A DNA stretch of 63,983 bases, the filler included, from Choristocarpus tenellus KU-1152 (taxonomy: Eukaryota; Protista; Phaeophyceae): assembly GCA_964200185.2 (NCBI GenBank). It is 12 parts of 12 records of this genome, joined end to end, with 100 filler letters (N's around TTAATTAATTAA, not from the genome) between each part and the next. Parts side by side here need not be neighbours in the genome. Positions count along the whole stretch, not along the records: positions 23,305 to 26,041 come from CAXNAD020025179.1; positions 26,142 to 37,114 come from CAXNAD020002597.1; positions 37,215 to 48,549 come from CAXNAD020002382.1; 9 more parts are not named here. The stretch is one strand, 5' to 3'. The notes under the pieces are model-generated. The model saw only the letters and a program-made list of their open reading frames with translations. It was not told where the DNA came from and did no database searches. The first letter of the stretch is position 1. Each line of letters opens with the position of its first letter. Position numbers and translations under genes: made by a program. This document shows, one piece after another, positions 24,340 to 37,529 of this stretch.

Positions 24340-25520
24340 ATTTTCCTCCTGTAGAGTTTAAGGGTTGCCGCCAGCAGATCTCTAGGGAGGGAGGAGGCTC
24401 TGTCCAACAGGTGCCCCATGACCAGGTGTAGGAGGCAAACTGTCAATTCCTGCCATGCCTGCACCTGCCCTAGGGCGGGAGGACAAGTTTTCCACCGATG
24501 GTGAAACGCCCAACTCTGGAGGGGAGTGGGCATCTCTTGCACCGTGGAGGATAGCAACCTGTTCATGGTAGATCAGAACTTCCACATGGATATGGTGTTC
24601 CATGCTGGTGCACTCTTAGACGCTGGCTCCAGTGTTACAGCACACTCCAAAGCTTACGTCCACGGGATGTATAGCTCTAATCCACAGGCCTATAAATGGT
24701 GTCGATGCCTGTACAGGACTTCCAAGACACTCCAACGGCCAAAAGGTCCAACGAGAATGGTGAGTATCAGGTCAGCAGATGAAGGTATATCTCCATTCAA
24801 TATAAGGGTACAACACATGGATTAAAAGAAAGTGGCTGGTGAAGTTATTGACAAATCACTCATTTCGGTTTTACAGACGTCATCACACGTCTGAAAATCA
24901 TTTTATTCTTAAGTAGCAGATCTTACACTGCAACTTTTAGCAAATCGGAGTTCCCCCTTTTGGGGTTCCATGTGCGCGTTTACTGCTTGCACTGGTTAGA
25001 GCGTGAGAAGAAATGCTTGCGCTATTTTCCTATAACACCAGCTCCCTTCCGGGTCAAGTGACTCATTCTAGATGTTGATTTTAACAAGAACCCAAGCAGC
25101 CAGTTACTTGCCCCACTCATCCACTAGTAATGGTGTAGCTGCTGCTGCAGCCGAGGCGCGAAAGCACACCTTCGTAGTGGAAAGTTTGGCCTTCGGAGGC
25201 AAGCAGAAAGTTTCTTGGATGACTAAGCCACCCGCAGAGTAGGGGGGAAGAGAAGTGGGTGGATACTGTAGGAAAGGGGCTGTTATTTCCCATATTAGAC
25301 AGATGGTGTTCGTCACTGCACATGTCACTCTTCTTGAGACGCGTCATACGTCTCAAGGGTGGAGATGCCAAGGAAATGGACAAGAAGGGGGCCTGTCAGA
25401 TTCTAGGGACGCTTCCCTAGGTCATTGCTCACCGTCGTAGGGCGAAGCTAGGTTAGAAGCATAGTAGTGTACATAAAGCATGGAATTACCAACCTATTGG
25501 TAGTTTTCAAACAGTAATAT
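24340..25520 (+). mobile_element. Degenerate CRE-like non-LTR element interrupted by a solo LTR
   Basis: 24384-24632 and 25042-25430 match 260-950 (for example MGISCTVED...FHMDMV and aatggtgtagctgctgctgcagccgaggcgcgaaa). Confidence 0.7.
24633..25037. mobile_element. Solo LTR (405 bp) with 4-bp TSD
   Basis: TGTTA...TAACA ends, with CCAG at both 24629-24632 and 25038-25041. Removing it restores colinearity with the CRE-like copy at 500-550. A related partial LTR begins at 25817. Confidence 0.8.
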
Positions 25521-25816
25521 TTTTTGAGAGATATCCTTGGCATTAACGGCAGCTATTACCAATTGAGAGGTAGGCAGGTTCGGACCCTTTAGCATTCTAA
25601 GTAATATTCTTACCCTGTGCAATACCCACTATTTCATTGCTTGATATGCACAATAGCGCTAGCAAGATTGATATTCACCCTGTCAACCCACAAAGTAGCA
25701 CCATAATTTAGCAAAAGCTCTTTCTACAGTTTTAATAAAATGACTTATTTTTGTCCTTTCTCCACATAGATCCTTTAAATGCAATCCCGACTACCTCTCA
25801 GCATTCTCTGTGATAC

Positions 25817-25905
25817 TGTCACAGCACGTTCCATAGCTTACCTCCACGGGATGTATAGCTCTAGTCTACAAGCATATAGATTGCGCTGATGCACGTACAG
25901 GACTC
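25817..25905. repeat. Partial copy of the same LTR family
   Basis: tgtcacagcacgttccatagcttacctccacgggatgtatagctcta...tacaggact matches 24633-24720. Confidence 0.7.
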
Positions 25906-25977
25906 ATGATGCACAAGTCAAGTCTGCTGTATCACGTGGATTGTTCCCTTCATAATAAGTGTCAATATTATCATATA

Positions 25978-26041
25978 ACAGAGGATTTTCAAAATTGGGG
26001 ATGGAGCGGGACTACGAGGATGGTTGTTTTGCGAAAACGGT
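25978..26041. mobile_element. TIR end of a Tc1/mariner-like element (family C)
   Basis: TA|ACAG..GATT...AAAATTG.GGATGG.GCGGGACTA.GAGG also occurs at 48495-48549 and 52679-52721, with an inverted end at 52822-52886. All are flanked by TA and all lie at contig breaks. Confidence 0.7.
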
Positions 26042-26390
26042 NNNNNNNNNNNNNNNNNNNNNNNNNNNNNNNNNNNNNNNNNNNNTTAATTAATTAANNN
26101 NNNNNNNNNNNNNNNNNNNNNNNNNNNNNNNNNNNNNNNNNTTTTTTTTTTTTTTTGTTGTTTTTGTTGGTTTGGGGGGTTTGGGGGGGGGGGGGGGGGG
26201 GTGTGGGGGTGTGTGGGTATCTGTTCTTCTTCTGCGAAAATAGTTTGTGCATGTAAAAAAATATTAGATACTAGTTCGTATTTTATTGGTTGAGTGTTAG
26301 GCGAAGGGTTGTTTGATTTGATAATAGCCCCCTCAACCTTTTGACCTTTTTGTATTTTCCTGGTGGTTGTTTGTTCATGTGTGGGTGCAG

Positions 26391-28903
26391 GTCTTCCATC
26401 GAGGAGGTCATTGGACTCCTTTCAGCCCCCTCTGGTGATGGTTACGACGAACAGTTTGAGGATGAGACGCAAGGGTCACCTACACTCAATGCGGATCAAG
26501 TGCAGTACGACACGTGGAAGAACTCACTCACGAAGGCAAGGATGGTATTTTTTACAAGTGAATATGTATGTGGACAAATTTTATTTGTGAGAAAAGCAAT
26601 GTTTAGACTTGATTCAAGGACACCGGCTGGACTGGTTGTTAATGTGAGTCTAAGAGTAGCTGTACTACAATGATGATGTGATGTACGTTTTTGAGTGCGT
26701 ACATCTATTTCCCTGTACAGCTGTACGGGGAATGTGGCGCTGGGTGATCAAGGAAAGATGAAAATGGTAAATGAATCTGGTTGGGCGTGTTAAGTGAAAC
26801 CTTGAGGGTACACCCTTTTGTCGTTTGCAGGTTCTTGGTCATCTCGGCTTTGACTTTGAGGATGAAGATGATCCGTACGAGTCCAGATCACACCGGAGGA
26901 ACTTGACCATTGCGGCAGGTAACCTCAGTGTAGCAACCTCTTCAATGGGTGGGGGCCTTGGCTCTAGCACATCAGATACAGCCACCACTGCCTTGAGTCA
27001 GAGCACCAGTACAACTGGGGAGAGGAGAGGTGGACGCATCCATGGAAGGAGCGCTTCTCAGTATCTCAGCTGGGGAGGCACCTCTCAGATGTCATTTGAG
27101 GTTAGTGTTTGTACCAGGGTATTGTGGCCCCGATTTTTTGGTTGTGCTTATTGTCTAGTGCATTGTGCTTTTGTGATTTTCTGGACTTATTTGTTCTGTG
27201 TTTGTGTGTATGTGTGTGTGTATGCCTGACATGCAAAAATATCACTTGGACCAGGACATTTATCTTCTTGGGGTTACATTTTACAGTCCCGTGTGTCATT
27301 TGCCCCTTGCGTGGATATGGAGAGACACCTCATTTGATGTTTGAGGTATTTGTTTTAGTGAGTTAGTAATAACTGTGGAAACAATAAGAGTATGTATGAT
27401 GGTAAGTTAGTGAGATGTGACGTGATCGTAAATTTGAAGTTTTTTTAAAATTTGAAATTGGTAACCTTTTTCATGGTTGGCTCACAGGATGATCATGCCT
27501 CCTCCTTGTACATTATGTTTTCTGTGTGTTTTTGTGTGGTTGTTAATTTGATTCACCAGGAGCAACCTTTAGAGTTCCAAGAGAGTCTACGGCAGATCCC
27601 CATGAGGTGGAGATCAGGCCTCTCCAATATTATGAACTCCATGGCATCTAATGTTTCTTTGTCGGGAGAAGGGAGGAGTGCTGGGGGAGGAGATGAAGCA
27701 GGAGGAGGTTCCCAGGCAGCATCTGAGTCCTTAGGTTTGCAAGAAGGGTCAGGTGGAGGCATGGGGCCACGACCTGAAGATGGAGGAAGAGGGGCGAAGG
27801 GAAAGGTGAAAGGGGTGTGATGATGTGATGATGGTGTATGAAATGGACCTTACTAGTAAGGAAAGAATATATTCAAATAGGTGATGCTGTTTCTATTAGT
27901 GGAGAGTGTTGTAACACCCATTCGGTTGTGTTTTGTTCCAACACCGTTATTATATTTTTACATTTTTTTGTTTGCACAGAAAGGTATTGTGTATTGTTTT
28001 GTGTTGCTGATCAATGAAAGGGTCACTACTGGGTCTTGCAATATTTGTGCAGTAAGGATGGATCTTTTACGATGATAGCTGATGCGGTCTGCATGGGAAA
28101 ATGCCAGGCCTTCACATGGGTGAAGGGAATGCAATTGTTTGCATGAATCGGTTGTTACTTTACACATCGTGTATCAGGATAGTAAATATACTCTGATGTA
28201 AAATACAGAAAAATATGGTTTTAAGAGCATGTGATTAGATACATGGACTGAAAAAGAATGTGTTGCGTGTTTTATGAGCTAAGTTATTTCCTACTTTTCA
28301 ATTCAACATTTCAAGACAATTTTCAATTCTACCTATCGTAGAGTTGTATCGTTGTCCTCATCACGTGATATGTGTGTGTGTGTGTGTGTGTATACTATGG
28401 GTTTGTGTGTGATGGAATTTCTATTCCGTTTCTTGTTTTAAAACAAAACAAAACAGCGACTGGAGCAGCAAGCGTCGCTGGAGATGCTTCGGTCTGTGAT
28501 GCAGGAAGGGATAAGCTATGAGAATGACCCCAGCGACCCTGCAGAACCACGTAGCCAAAGGGTGGGAGAGAAGCGACTGAGCGGTGGCGCCCAGGAGCCA
28601 GAGGCTGCTACCACGATGGCAATGGGATCCATGGGCAGACAGAGACCAGAGGAGGCGATGTCAAGTAAGATCGATATGTTGAACACCACCAGTGATGTGC
28701 TCCCTAGTCAAGTACCCCTGACTTCTGGCAGTGCACTCACTCCAGTGTCCTCCACAGTTGTTGGTGGGGGAATGGGATCAGACATCAGCCTTGATCCGTC
28801 CTCTGCAGGTGGGGATGGGGTTGGTGGTGGACTTGTTTACGAGGGCGAGGTCCATATTCCATCGTCGCAGAAGCAGTCTCTGGCATCTTCGTATGCTGAA
28901 TGA
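26391..28903 (+). CDS. 3' part of a hypothetical multi-exon gene with a disordered C-terminus
   Basis: AG/GT-bounded, phase-compatible exons 26391-26544, 26831-27100, 27560-27805 and 28457-28903 (TGA) give ...KARM|VLGHLGFDFEDEDD...SFE|EQPLEF...KGK|RLEQQAS...SSYAE*. No domain was recognised. Confidence 0.7.
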
Positions 28904-28949
28904 GGTGTTCTTTTCATGTCTTCGGTGTGTTCAGTCAGTTTTTGGGGTT

Positions 28950-30800
28950 ACCTGCAATGCAGAGCTTTTGAGGGGGTAAAAAATGCGGGGTGGGTGAGGG
29001 AACCAGAGCTGTGCCTAGTAAGAGGGTTTGTGTGGCAGATGCTGTCATGGTGTGAAGTGTGTCGTTGGAGATAACAAAATAATATCAGGTCATACGTAGG
29101 AGGTCACAGGCACAGCCCAAACGGCTGGGAGGTTTTATGTGGATGTAGTGTTGATGGCTGAGGTGGGAGGGTGGAGGGAGTTGGGTCATACTGTCGTTTC
29201 TTGGTGTTGTGATTGTGACTTCTGAGGGGATTTGTTGTTAGGTGTAATGAAATATTGCGTTAATTGTTGAAGTTTCGGGTTGGGCGTTTACCCCTTCTTG
29301 TAGCATACCTTGTCAGCCACGTTATGTGGTGGAAATACATGTATAGGTATGTGCCCCCCCCCTCCATGATCTGCAGGGGGAGAGAGTGCGCGTGATCTGA
29401 GAAGCAAGGGGGCTATGGTGAAGGTGGGCAGGTGGGAGAGGGTTGAGTGATGGTGTGGTGTCTGTCGTATGTGATGCTATGTTTGTTTATTAAGGTACAG
29501 CAATGGTGCCAACTGCTTTGGTGTGAGATGAATATTTGTTCAAGTCTAATTTCATTTTGCTGACCATCTCTTTTAGACCCTTTTTGGCCTTGTAGTCAGG
29601 TTGTTGTAGAACTAGGGTCTAGTCAGTGGTAAGACTGATTAGCAAGGACTTCTTTACCAGGTGTGTTGCGGACGGAATCACAGAGGGGGGGCCCACAGTA
29701 ATGTTGGTAGTTGCTATGTCAGCTCGGGGCGATCTGAAAGGTTGAGCAGAGTGGCAAGAGTGGTCTTCGAAGCTATTGCTACAGTTTCTACTGGGAGTGT
29801 GTGAGAGCAGCATCCTGGAGTGATGTTGAATGTTCTGTTGAGTAGGAGGAGGTAGGAGTGTGCAGAGGTTGGATATTTTTTTAGGGTTTTCATGATCAAG
29901 AAATGTTTATGTTGGGTTGTGGTCTTCTATAACAAGTCATGGACTGCAGTGCTTTGTCCAGTAGATGTTCATGTCTTTGCCGAATGAGCATGGTGGGCTT
30001 AGGGCTGACTGGAGTTGTGTAGTGTGTCGATGATGATTTGAGGGAGGCCATCGGAGTTGCTTTTCAACCTTTATCTAGATGGGAAGAAGGTTTAGGTGCT
30101 GTGACAGCTACGTGAAGGTTATCTATCGTGTCTGGTTTGAACGAGACTTTTTTTTTTTAATCCTTGAGTGGCTTGATGATCATTATCGTTGCGATTTTTA
30201 CAGTAGGCAGGTTCATGGATGACCAATGTTTGATGAATGTTGAATGTTCAATAATGCTGACTGAGTAGGTCGTTGTCTCTCCTCAGGATATCGTACGTAC
30301 AGTATAGTATTTCTTTGTAGGAAAGGGTTAGGGAGCAAAGTCAAAGGTGGAAATACTGGTATGATGCAAGCAAGGGGAATTAAGGGTAGGGACTTTAGCC
30401 TTGTTTGCTTGAAAGATAAGTGATCAATGTTGCTTGTTTTGAGGTGAACCGCTGGTAGGTAGGTAGGTTGGGGTGTGGTCGGACATATGAGCTTAATGTA
30501 GGGTTAGGGGGTGAGAAGGAAGGGGGGTGGGGGTGGGGGGTGAAGGGTGGGAATATTTTTTTCTCCGAGTTCTTTCCATTGTTATTGTAGGGGGATACAA
30601 TCCTTGCATGGATCAAGGATCGGAGTGTTGATCCAGTTCCCCCAGGATGATAGTTAATGAAGGGCGAGGGTAGGGTGTGTGGTAATTTTGGGGATGGATG
30701 GATGGACGTGGCTCCATGACCACAGCCCAAGGCTGGACTGCATGGGTGGGACCTCTAAGGTCATTGCTAGCAATAATTTTGTCAGCACCCCATTTCTTTC
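28950..30800 (-). pseudogene. Possible highly decayed LINE remnant
   Basis: Only faint RT-like traces (GMLQEG...FNN near 29270-29310) and strong strand skew. No open frame. Confidence 0.25.
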
Positions 30801-33044
30801 TGTAATATTTTCTAAAGTTTTCTTTCAAACTCAACAAGTAGCCTAGGTAGATATTGCAGTTGGCTCTGGTTCATGCGAGTGAGTTAATTCTCTAACCTTG
30901 AGAGATGGGTTAGGTGAGGATGCACATGGCGCCGTATCAGGCAGTGGCTATTTGCTGAGGAAGCAAGGAGGGTGAAGCCAGCGTTAAGTATAATTAATAC
31001 GTGTGACTCTTTAGAACAAGTCCATATTGTACACTATGAAGAAGAAAAGAGTTGAGAGATTTGCCCACTTAATGGTCTTCTCCCTTGCACCTTTCTTTGA
31101 TCATGCGATGAAATCACCTGGGACGGAAAGTTGTGGATATTAGTATGGATGAGAGAGAAATTAATAGTTAAGCCTTTTAACTGGACTGGGCTGTGGGCCA
31201 GTCCCAGTGAAATATATTTCAATAGTGGTTCAAGGTCTTCAGAAATGTGACCAGACCGGGTCACTTGCTGGCCCACAGTCCTGTTCCAGTGAGTGAGGTG
31301 AAAGATCAGCCTCTCTAAGATAGGATGACTCGAAGCAATGCATGTAGAATGAACAAAACTCAGTGTAAGAGGGGTAACCAAGAGAAAAGCAAGTTTAATG
31401 CACGAATATCCAAAGTTTTTGACACCTAAGCACATACCAACTACCATAGCTTCTTCTCTGGTATGCCACTCCTTCATGACGAAGATTTGCGTGCCTTCAA
31501 CCACAAGTTCTTACACCTAGGTTGGTTTACTTGCTCTTGTACTCTATCCCTCCATTGCGATAAATGTTCTCCTCTGTCCGCCTTCTTGTTTCCATCAGCA
31601 AGTAACCCAAACCTTAACGCCTTTGGAAGTTCCTCATCCCTCATTCATGCAACTTATCTTGTCATATGGAGTTTCCGTTTTCGCTCGAACCACGGGCTTC
31701 CGCTTGTTGGAAGGTCTGAATAATAAGGGGAGTCCTTAACCCCATGACCATGCCCCCACATGATAGAATTTGAACAAGAACCTCACGTTGTCCATTTTCG
31801 AGCGGCTGGAAGTATGAGGAACAAAAAGATTTCGTTCTTAGGATTGCCTACAAACCCACTTCCTGCGAAGTCGATCGCACTGGAATGAATGTGAACAAGC
31901 AAAACAGTGCCAGATGCGGACAAAAATTGGTCGAGGAGGGTATGGAGTACAAAAAAGAAAGTCAAATGTCTCCGAGGTATCTTCATCTACCCCTGGGTGG
32001 GGCAGGGGGTACTCGCCACTTAACGATCCCTCTGACCAGGAATGATGTAGAAAAGAGAACACTGTAGCAGGGGAGCCCTTCTGGGATAAGGAACCCCACT
32101 CACTGTCCTACTTTTTTCCACTTTTTTTGTAGCATTCTTGAAAACTTAATCCTACCCCTGCAACTTGTGGACAAAAAAATATCCCTAACCAGCCAAGCAA
32201 ACTTTGTAGAAGAAATGGTAGAGTATAGTATAAACTGGAGAACCACAATCTCCAAGGATAGTGGGGACTTCTAAAGACGGGACTCTTTTTTGAACATTTC
32301 AACATTGTAGATAGTGTATCTTTTTGGAGGGATGTGGAGGAGGGATAAAGGTCATGCACTGGCTCTATTCTCCATTTTTATAAGTAACTATACACACCCA
32401 ACACCCAAAATTGCTGGGAAGTTTTTATACCTCTATAATAATAAAATAGAGATACATACTCATCACCGTATTGCATTATAAAGGTTCCCTTGTCATTTTT
32501 GAATCCCTCCCATAAGAAGATGATCACCAAAGGGTTGATTACCTCTTGCGCCTTTTTGTGCACCAACCCGACCAGCTTCCCCGTTAACCGAAAAATGCTT
32601 CAATTTGATACATTAGACTCTTCGTCGACGTTCTCGTTTCCACAACCATTATCACTTGCGGGGTCACGGCCTGCACCTGTCAATCCGGTATATTCTTGTG
32701 ATACCGCCAAAACCACGTCTCCCTCGGAAGGGGAGACCACAAGTATCTGGCTGGCATACCAGGAGGGAATAACTCATCGCTGTGGTCCCGGCAACCCGCT
32801 GGCATCCCCTCAAGGATTCCTATTAGCAAAGCATCCTGGTGGGTCGATCGTGTGGTGTTTTTTGTTACGAAGGTTTGGCATCCACCTGCCTATCTTCACC
32901 ATCCTAGCTGTCGCGGGTGCAACCTAAACCATGAGAATTTCGATATTCGTGCATCCTTCTTAATAGCCAACCGTTCCTCCCATCGGCCATCGGCCTCAAA
33001 TCCCATGTTCGAGTCCGTACCCACCTTCATAAGTTGAAGTATGT

Positions 33045-34668
33045 ATGATGATGGTTTTACTCTTCAACACCTCCAACCCAGATAATCGCTACTCTATCCC
33101 CATATGTAATCAACCCAGAGAATTAACTTCGAACGATGAATCCAATGCAACGACTTGGAATGCAGGACCCTACACCTGCCTGAGGACGTGGAATGGCACC
33201 TCAGTGGTAATGCTTCCCTTTCATCTACGTCGTCTGATACAGTCTGCAGAGCTCACCGGCCTTGATCATGCCGTGCGGGTAGGTGCGTCGTCCTTTGTTC
33301 ATCAGTGATTGGAACCCTATTCGGAGGGTGAATAAAGATTTGAGATACCCTCTCATTTACCTCTGACCTACGTCTACGAGGACTTTTCTTGAGAAGGAAT
33401 GGACATGCCCTTTCTCATCTCATCTCCTCCGCTTGAATATGCATGATCGCAAAGTTCCGTGTTGACAATTATGAAAACACCAATTTCGAGCATTCCATGA
33501 CGCAGTATTAATGCCTCATCGCAAGATATACGTCAAGGGGTAAGGGTTGAAGTGTGGTGGTGAGGGTGTAGTGTGGTTTGTTGTTTCACATAGAGGATGA
33601 CTTCTTTGTGTTTAGTAGTGCGGGACTTTGTTGTGCTGGCAATACTCCCATTACAATCAAGCAAAGCTTTACAAAGTCCAGGTGAGCATGTTGGCTAACG
33701 TGTGCAAAATAAGTTGATCTAAGAGCTACGTGGCAATATGAAGGATGCAACCTTCTTTGCACTGTGGTATAGTATGCATCAATCAGTTGATTTGAAGAAC
33801 TAGTGTCAAAGGACTTTATTGTTTTCACCATGGAGTTCCTCTGTTACAACATTTGAGCATCCGTTAGTCACTCAATGCCCTCTATCTATAGCATTGTGGT
33901 GAATGCTTGAGATCAGTACAGAACAATTATAGTGGTTCCTGCAAAGTCTAACCTTCCCAATTTCATAGGTTTAGGTTTAGGTTCAGATTTTAGCTGGAGT
34001 AGTTTTCAGACTTCCATCCACACAATAGTACAAAAAAGGGGGCACAAATACAGTACTTGCCCAATGCGTATATAGCCACTCCCCCCCTAACATTGTCCTG
34101 GCGTTGGATGCATGCTTTGTGGGACCTGGGAGCAGAATGAAGGACATCTTAGCTTGGAAAGAAGAACAAAGGAGATAGTGAAGGGTGCTATGTCTGTGTT
34201 CCGGCAAGGTGAGAACAACATTGCTCTGACCCCCAACACTCCCACAGGTAATAAATAGCAGATGAAGTTTGACATCTTGGGTCAGTCATGTTGTGCCATA
34301 ATGCTGAGGACCTTTCAAGGGTTCGCCATCAGCCACAATGCGTCGAGATCAAATTCATCGCAGTTGCACCACTCTATGTTGTGCATTGTATCAGTTTATA
34401 TTGGCAAAATCATACTGGAGCATGGTTTTATGCCTAGAAACCTCGTACAACTGCTTTGCTATTTCTATGATTGCCAACGGCTGCCAGAAAATACTGGAGC
34501 TGGTGAACATGAGTGTATGCTGACTGTCCTCTATCAGCCATGTGAAAGTATCCCATGTGACAGAACACCTTCCTCTGGTGGTGTTGCTGGAGGAAGTGGA
34601 AGTGTTGGTGAAGACAGTGACGGGGGGGGAGGGCTCGACATCTTGGTGCATGCATGGCCATTTCCCAG
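33045..34668 (+). CDS. Class IV PLP-dependent aminotransferase / aminodeoxychorismate lyase-like protein, N-terminal exons
   Basis: Exon 33045-33278 has GPYTCLRTWNG...FHLRRLIQSA, matching the class IV motif G.YxT.R...HLxRL..SA. Phase-compatible exons 34136-34208 and 34488-34668 follow. The 3' end was not resolved. Confidence 0.75.
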
Positions 34669-36106
34669 GTACAGCAAGAGGAATGTAGTGTAGTAGTGGT
34701 CTGGTGCCTTTGGGGGGAGGGGGGAGATAGGAAGATGAGTGGGAGGTAAGGTTGGAGGGGATCGAGTTTGTAACAGATCCAGTTCAAACTGTTAGTAGGT
34801 GTGTTTGCTGCTTATGAAATTTATGGTACTGTTTTTACAGGAAGGTTCTTTGAAGAGTTGTTCATCCTCGAATTTATTTTTTCTAGTTTTTTTTTCTTCT
34901 TTGTATAGCAGGTTATTTTAAAAGGGAAAGCGCGTGAGATGCACTGCCTATTTGTTTATCGCGTTGGCAGTCCAGGGGTTACTATTAGTGTTCAAGTTAG
35001 GGTTATGCTTGTGATGTTACTGTTCAAGTGTGACTAGTATCCGGGAGGGAGGAGTGGTCTCTGAGATTTGTATTGGACCGAAAAATGTGTATTGTGATGT
35101 GGGAAACCTAAATAATCTCTCCAGAAGGACATTGCACGTGCTGTTTGAGGTCATTTCCCCAAATCAGCTTGTTCAAGAATTATGTGCGCGCCTGAATTTT
35201 ATAGACCGGTAATATACGCCTTGATGGTGGGGTCACATCATGTGGTGATGGTGTTTGCTTCATGAGGCACTTGGCAAACACTCACGAAAGGCAGAGGGAT
35301 GTGACTGGGATGACTTCCAGGGATGTGACTGTACAGATTTCGTGTAGACTCGCCCTATCCCTAAGCCAGCGAGGAAGAGGACTTGAAGGTAGTCCTCAGG
35401 CAAACCATTCTCGGTGGAAGGATGCGCTTCAGTGAGTCCTTACAGCCCAACGTAGTACATACATGCTTCTGCGTAGTTATGTAGTTGTTATTCTGGCAGT
35501 CCAATGTTTTTCAAAAAACTCCAAAAGTGCCCCTCTGGGAGGCCAAGGGGTTCCTTCCTTCCCAAGGCTCCCCAGTGTCCATTCTGGGAGGCCCTAGAAT
35601 TCCTCCCTGAGCCTCCCCAGCCCATGGCCGTTTGATATGCACTTGAATACACCCTACAGCATATTAAATGTCTCACAGAAATCATACATACAAAAACGAT
35701 TTTCGCCTTGATTGCCTAGCCTACATTCTGCCACAGGCCCCATTGAAAACTGCAAGTCTCACACTCAGAATAGCCTGGATTAATCCAACTGAAGGTGTTC
35801 TTGACATTCACTCTTGAGGCAGGCAATTCTTTGCAAACAAGAGTCCATGCCAAATACAGGAGATAGACGCAGATTCCTTTCGCTAGACACTGCCATTTAA
35901 TGCCCCAGTAAACAACACCCTAGTGGAAAAGAAGAAAATCGTTCGAAAAACAGCGTATCAGGTTGGACAAAAGGCACGTGTCACATCCATGCCCAAACCT
36001 CCTCGGCTTGTGCCCCTTGAACAGGGACTCGAAATGCATCCAAGGATGACTTCTTAACCCTGGGAAGATGCACAATGAATGTCTATGTACCGCCTTCTTG
36101 CATTTT

Positions 36107-36914
36107 TTAATACACACACGACGGCAGCTGCTCCTCCAACAGAGTAAATTGCGCAGTAAGAGCTAGCCCTGTTGCTGCACGCATAGCACTTCCTCTTTCT
36201 ACTTCCGTGGCTTCCACTTCTATATGGAGACACACCCTGGTACTGGGGAAGGGAACTGAGGGACGGAATTGGGTGTGCATAGGGGTTGGGGCGAGGGTTT
36301 TTGGAGCAAGCATGTCATGTGACAGTTTGCAGTTGAGAGTCTTCAACCGCTCAGCGGGCAGGCGATGCTTTCCTGGGCCTCAACTGCTGGAAAGGCCTTC
36401 CCATATTTATGGAAACCCCTATTCATATTTTACGTTCTACAATGTGTGTGATGCGGTCCACTCCACCCAGCCAAACATCAACACTGCCACGAGACCAGCA
36501 AGGTAACCCAGCCAACGTTGAACCTAGAGACCAAAAGCCTGTAGGGTCCGGAGTCGCGAAGATGCTGAGATGGTTTTCAATGTTTTTTTTTTGTGTGTAT
36601 CGGTAATGAAACATTGGCATTTAAAAAAAAGAAAAGTATTATGTATCTTCATCTCTCCGCGATATATTGGAAAAAAAAAAAGATTTTGAGGACACATGCG
36701 GGGGGGCAAAAAAGAAGGTAAGAAGAGCTCACTAGCGACTGCTTTTGGTGGCAGTTGAGGGACCAAAAGCAGTTACAGCAGTTACACCTGGGGACTTTTC
36801 TTTCGGAGAGGCAGGCACTGCGAGCTGGTGATCATGTACACTACAGGTTTCCCATTGATGACCTTGTGGGGCAAAGTTATGTACGCCGTTGAGGCTGTCT
36901 GCTGATGATCGATA
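36107..36914 (-). CDS. 3' exons of a hypothetical gene
   Basis: AG/GT-bounded exons 36914-36733 and 36564-36434 join in phase 2 (...KSSR-Y-IFATPDPTGFWSLG...). The last exon near 36240 is uncertain. Confidence 0.4.
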
Positions 36915-37037
36915 CTGTGAGAGAGAAAGACATGGTTCTTTTTCTTTTTTTTTAAAATCCCAAACGATGGTGTCTCGACTTCAACCTTCAGTTCCTCTCT
37001 CCTCCCTAGCATCTCTGAATTGTGTCTTTTGTGACAG

Positions 37038-37072
<35 letters not shown>

Positions 37073-37385
37073 GTTGGTGTGACCTTTTCTATATAAACCC
37101 ATTTAAAGTTTCAANNNNNNNNNNNNNNNNNNNNNNNNNNNNNNNNNNNNNNNNNNNNTTAATTAATTAANNNNNNNNNNNNNNNNNNNNNNNNNNNNNN
37201 NNNNNNNNNNNNNNACGTGTACTAGAGATACGTTGAGTCATTTGGTATTCTGAGTCATTAAGTGTAAGGACTGGTGAGCCCCACCTAGTGAAGGTATCTC
37301 ACTCTCTTCTCAACTGTGGTACAAGCTAATAAACAATAATGTAACTAGTTGTGTGGGACAACAGATCGTCAAGGACAACTTAACA

Positions 37386-37529
37386 ACCAGGATGTCCATT
37401 TGACCAAAATCAGGAAAAGTGCACTTACATTATCCATCCGACGTATGGAATCAAATCGCCCAAAAAACACGACATGAAAAAATTGACCCCAAATGGACAG
37501 CCACTACCCCCTCCCAGATACTTTGAGCC
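37386..37529 (-). mobile_element. MITE family B copy, one end truncated
   Basis: aagtgcacttacattatccatccga...ccccaaatggacag...cagatactttgagcc. Confidence 0.8.

Noticed and set aside
26721-26766. Extra small exon in the 26391-28903 gene
   Set aside because: It is phase-incompatible or contains a stop, and the flanking exons join cleanly without it.
31034-31723. Possible Tc1-like transposase remnant
   Set aside because: Only one vague motif (AMVVG), with no TIRs or catalytic residues that I can support.
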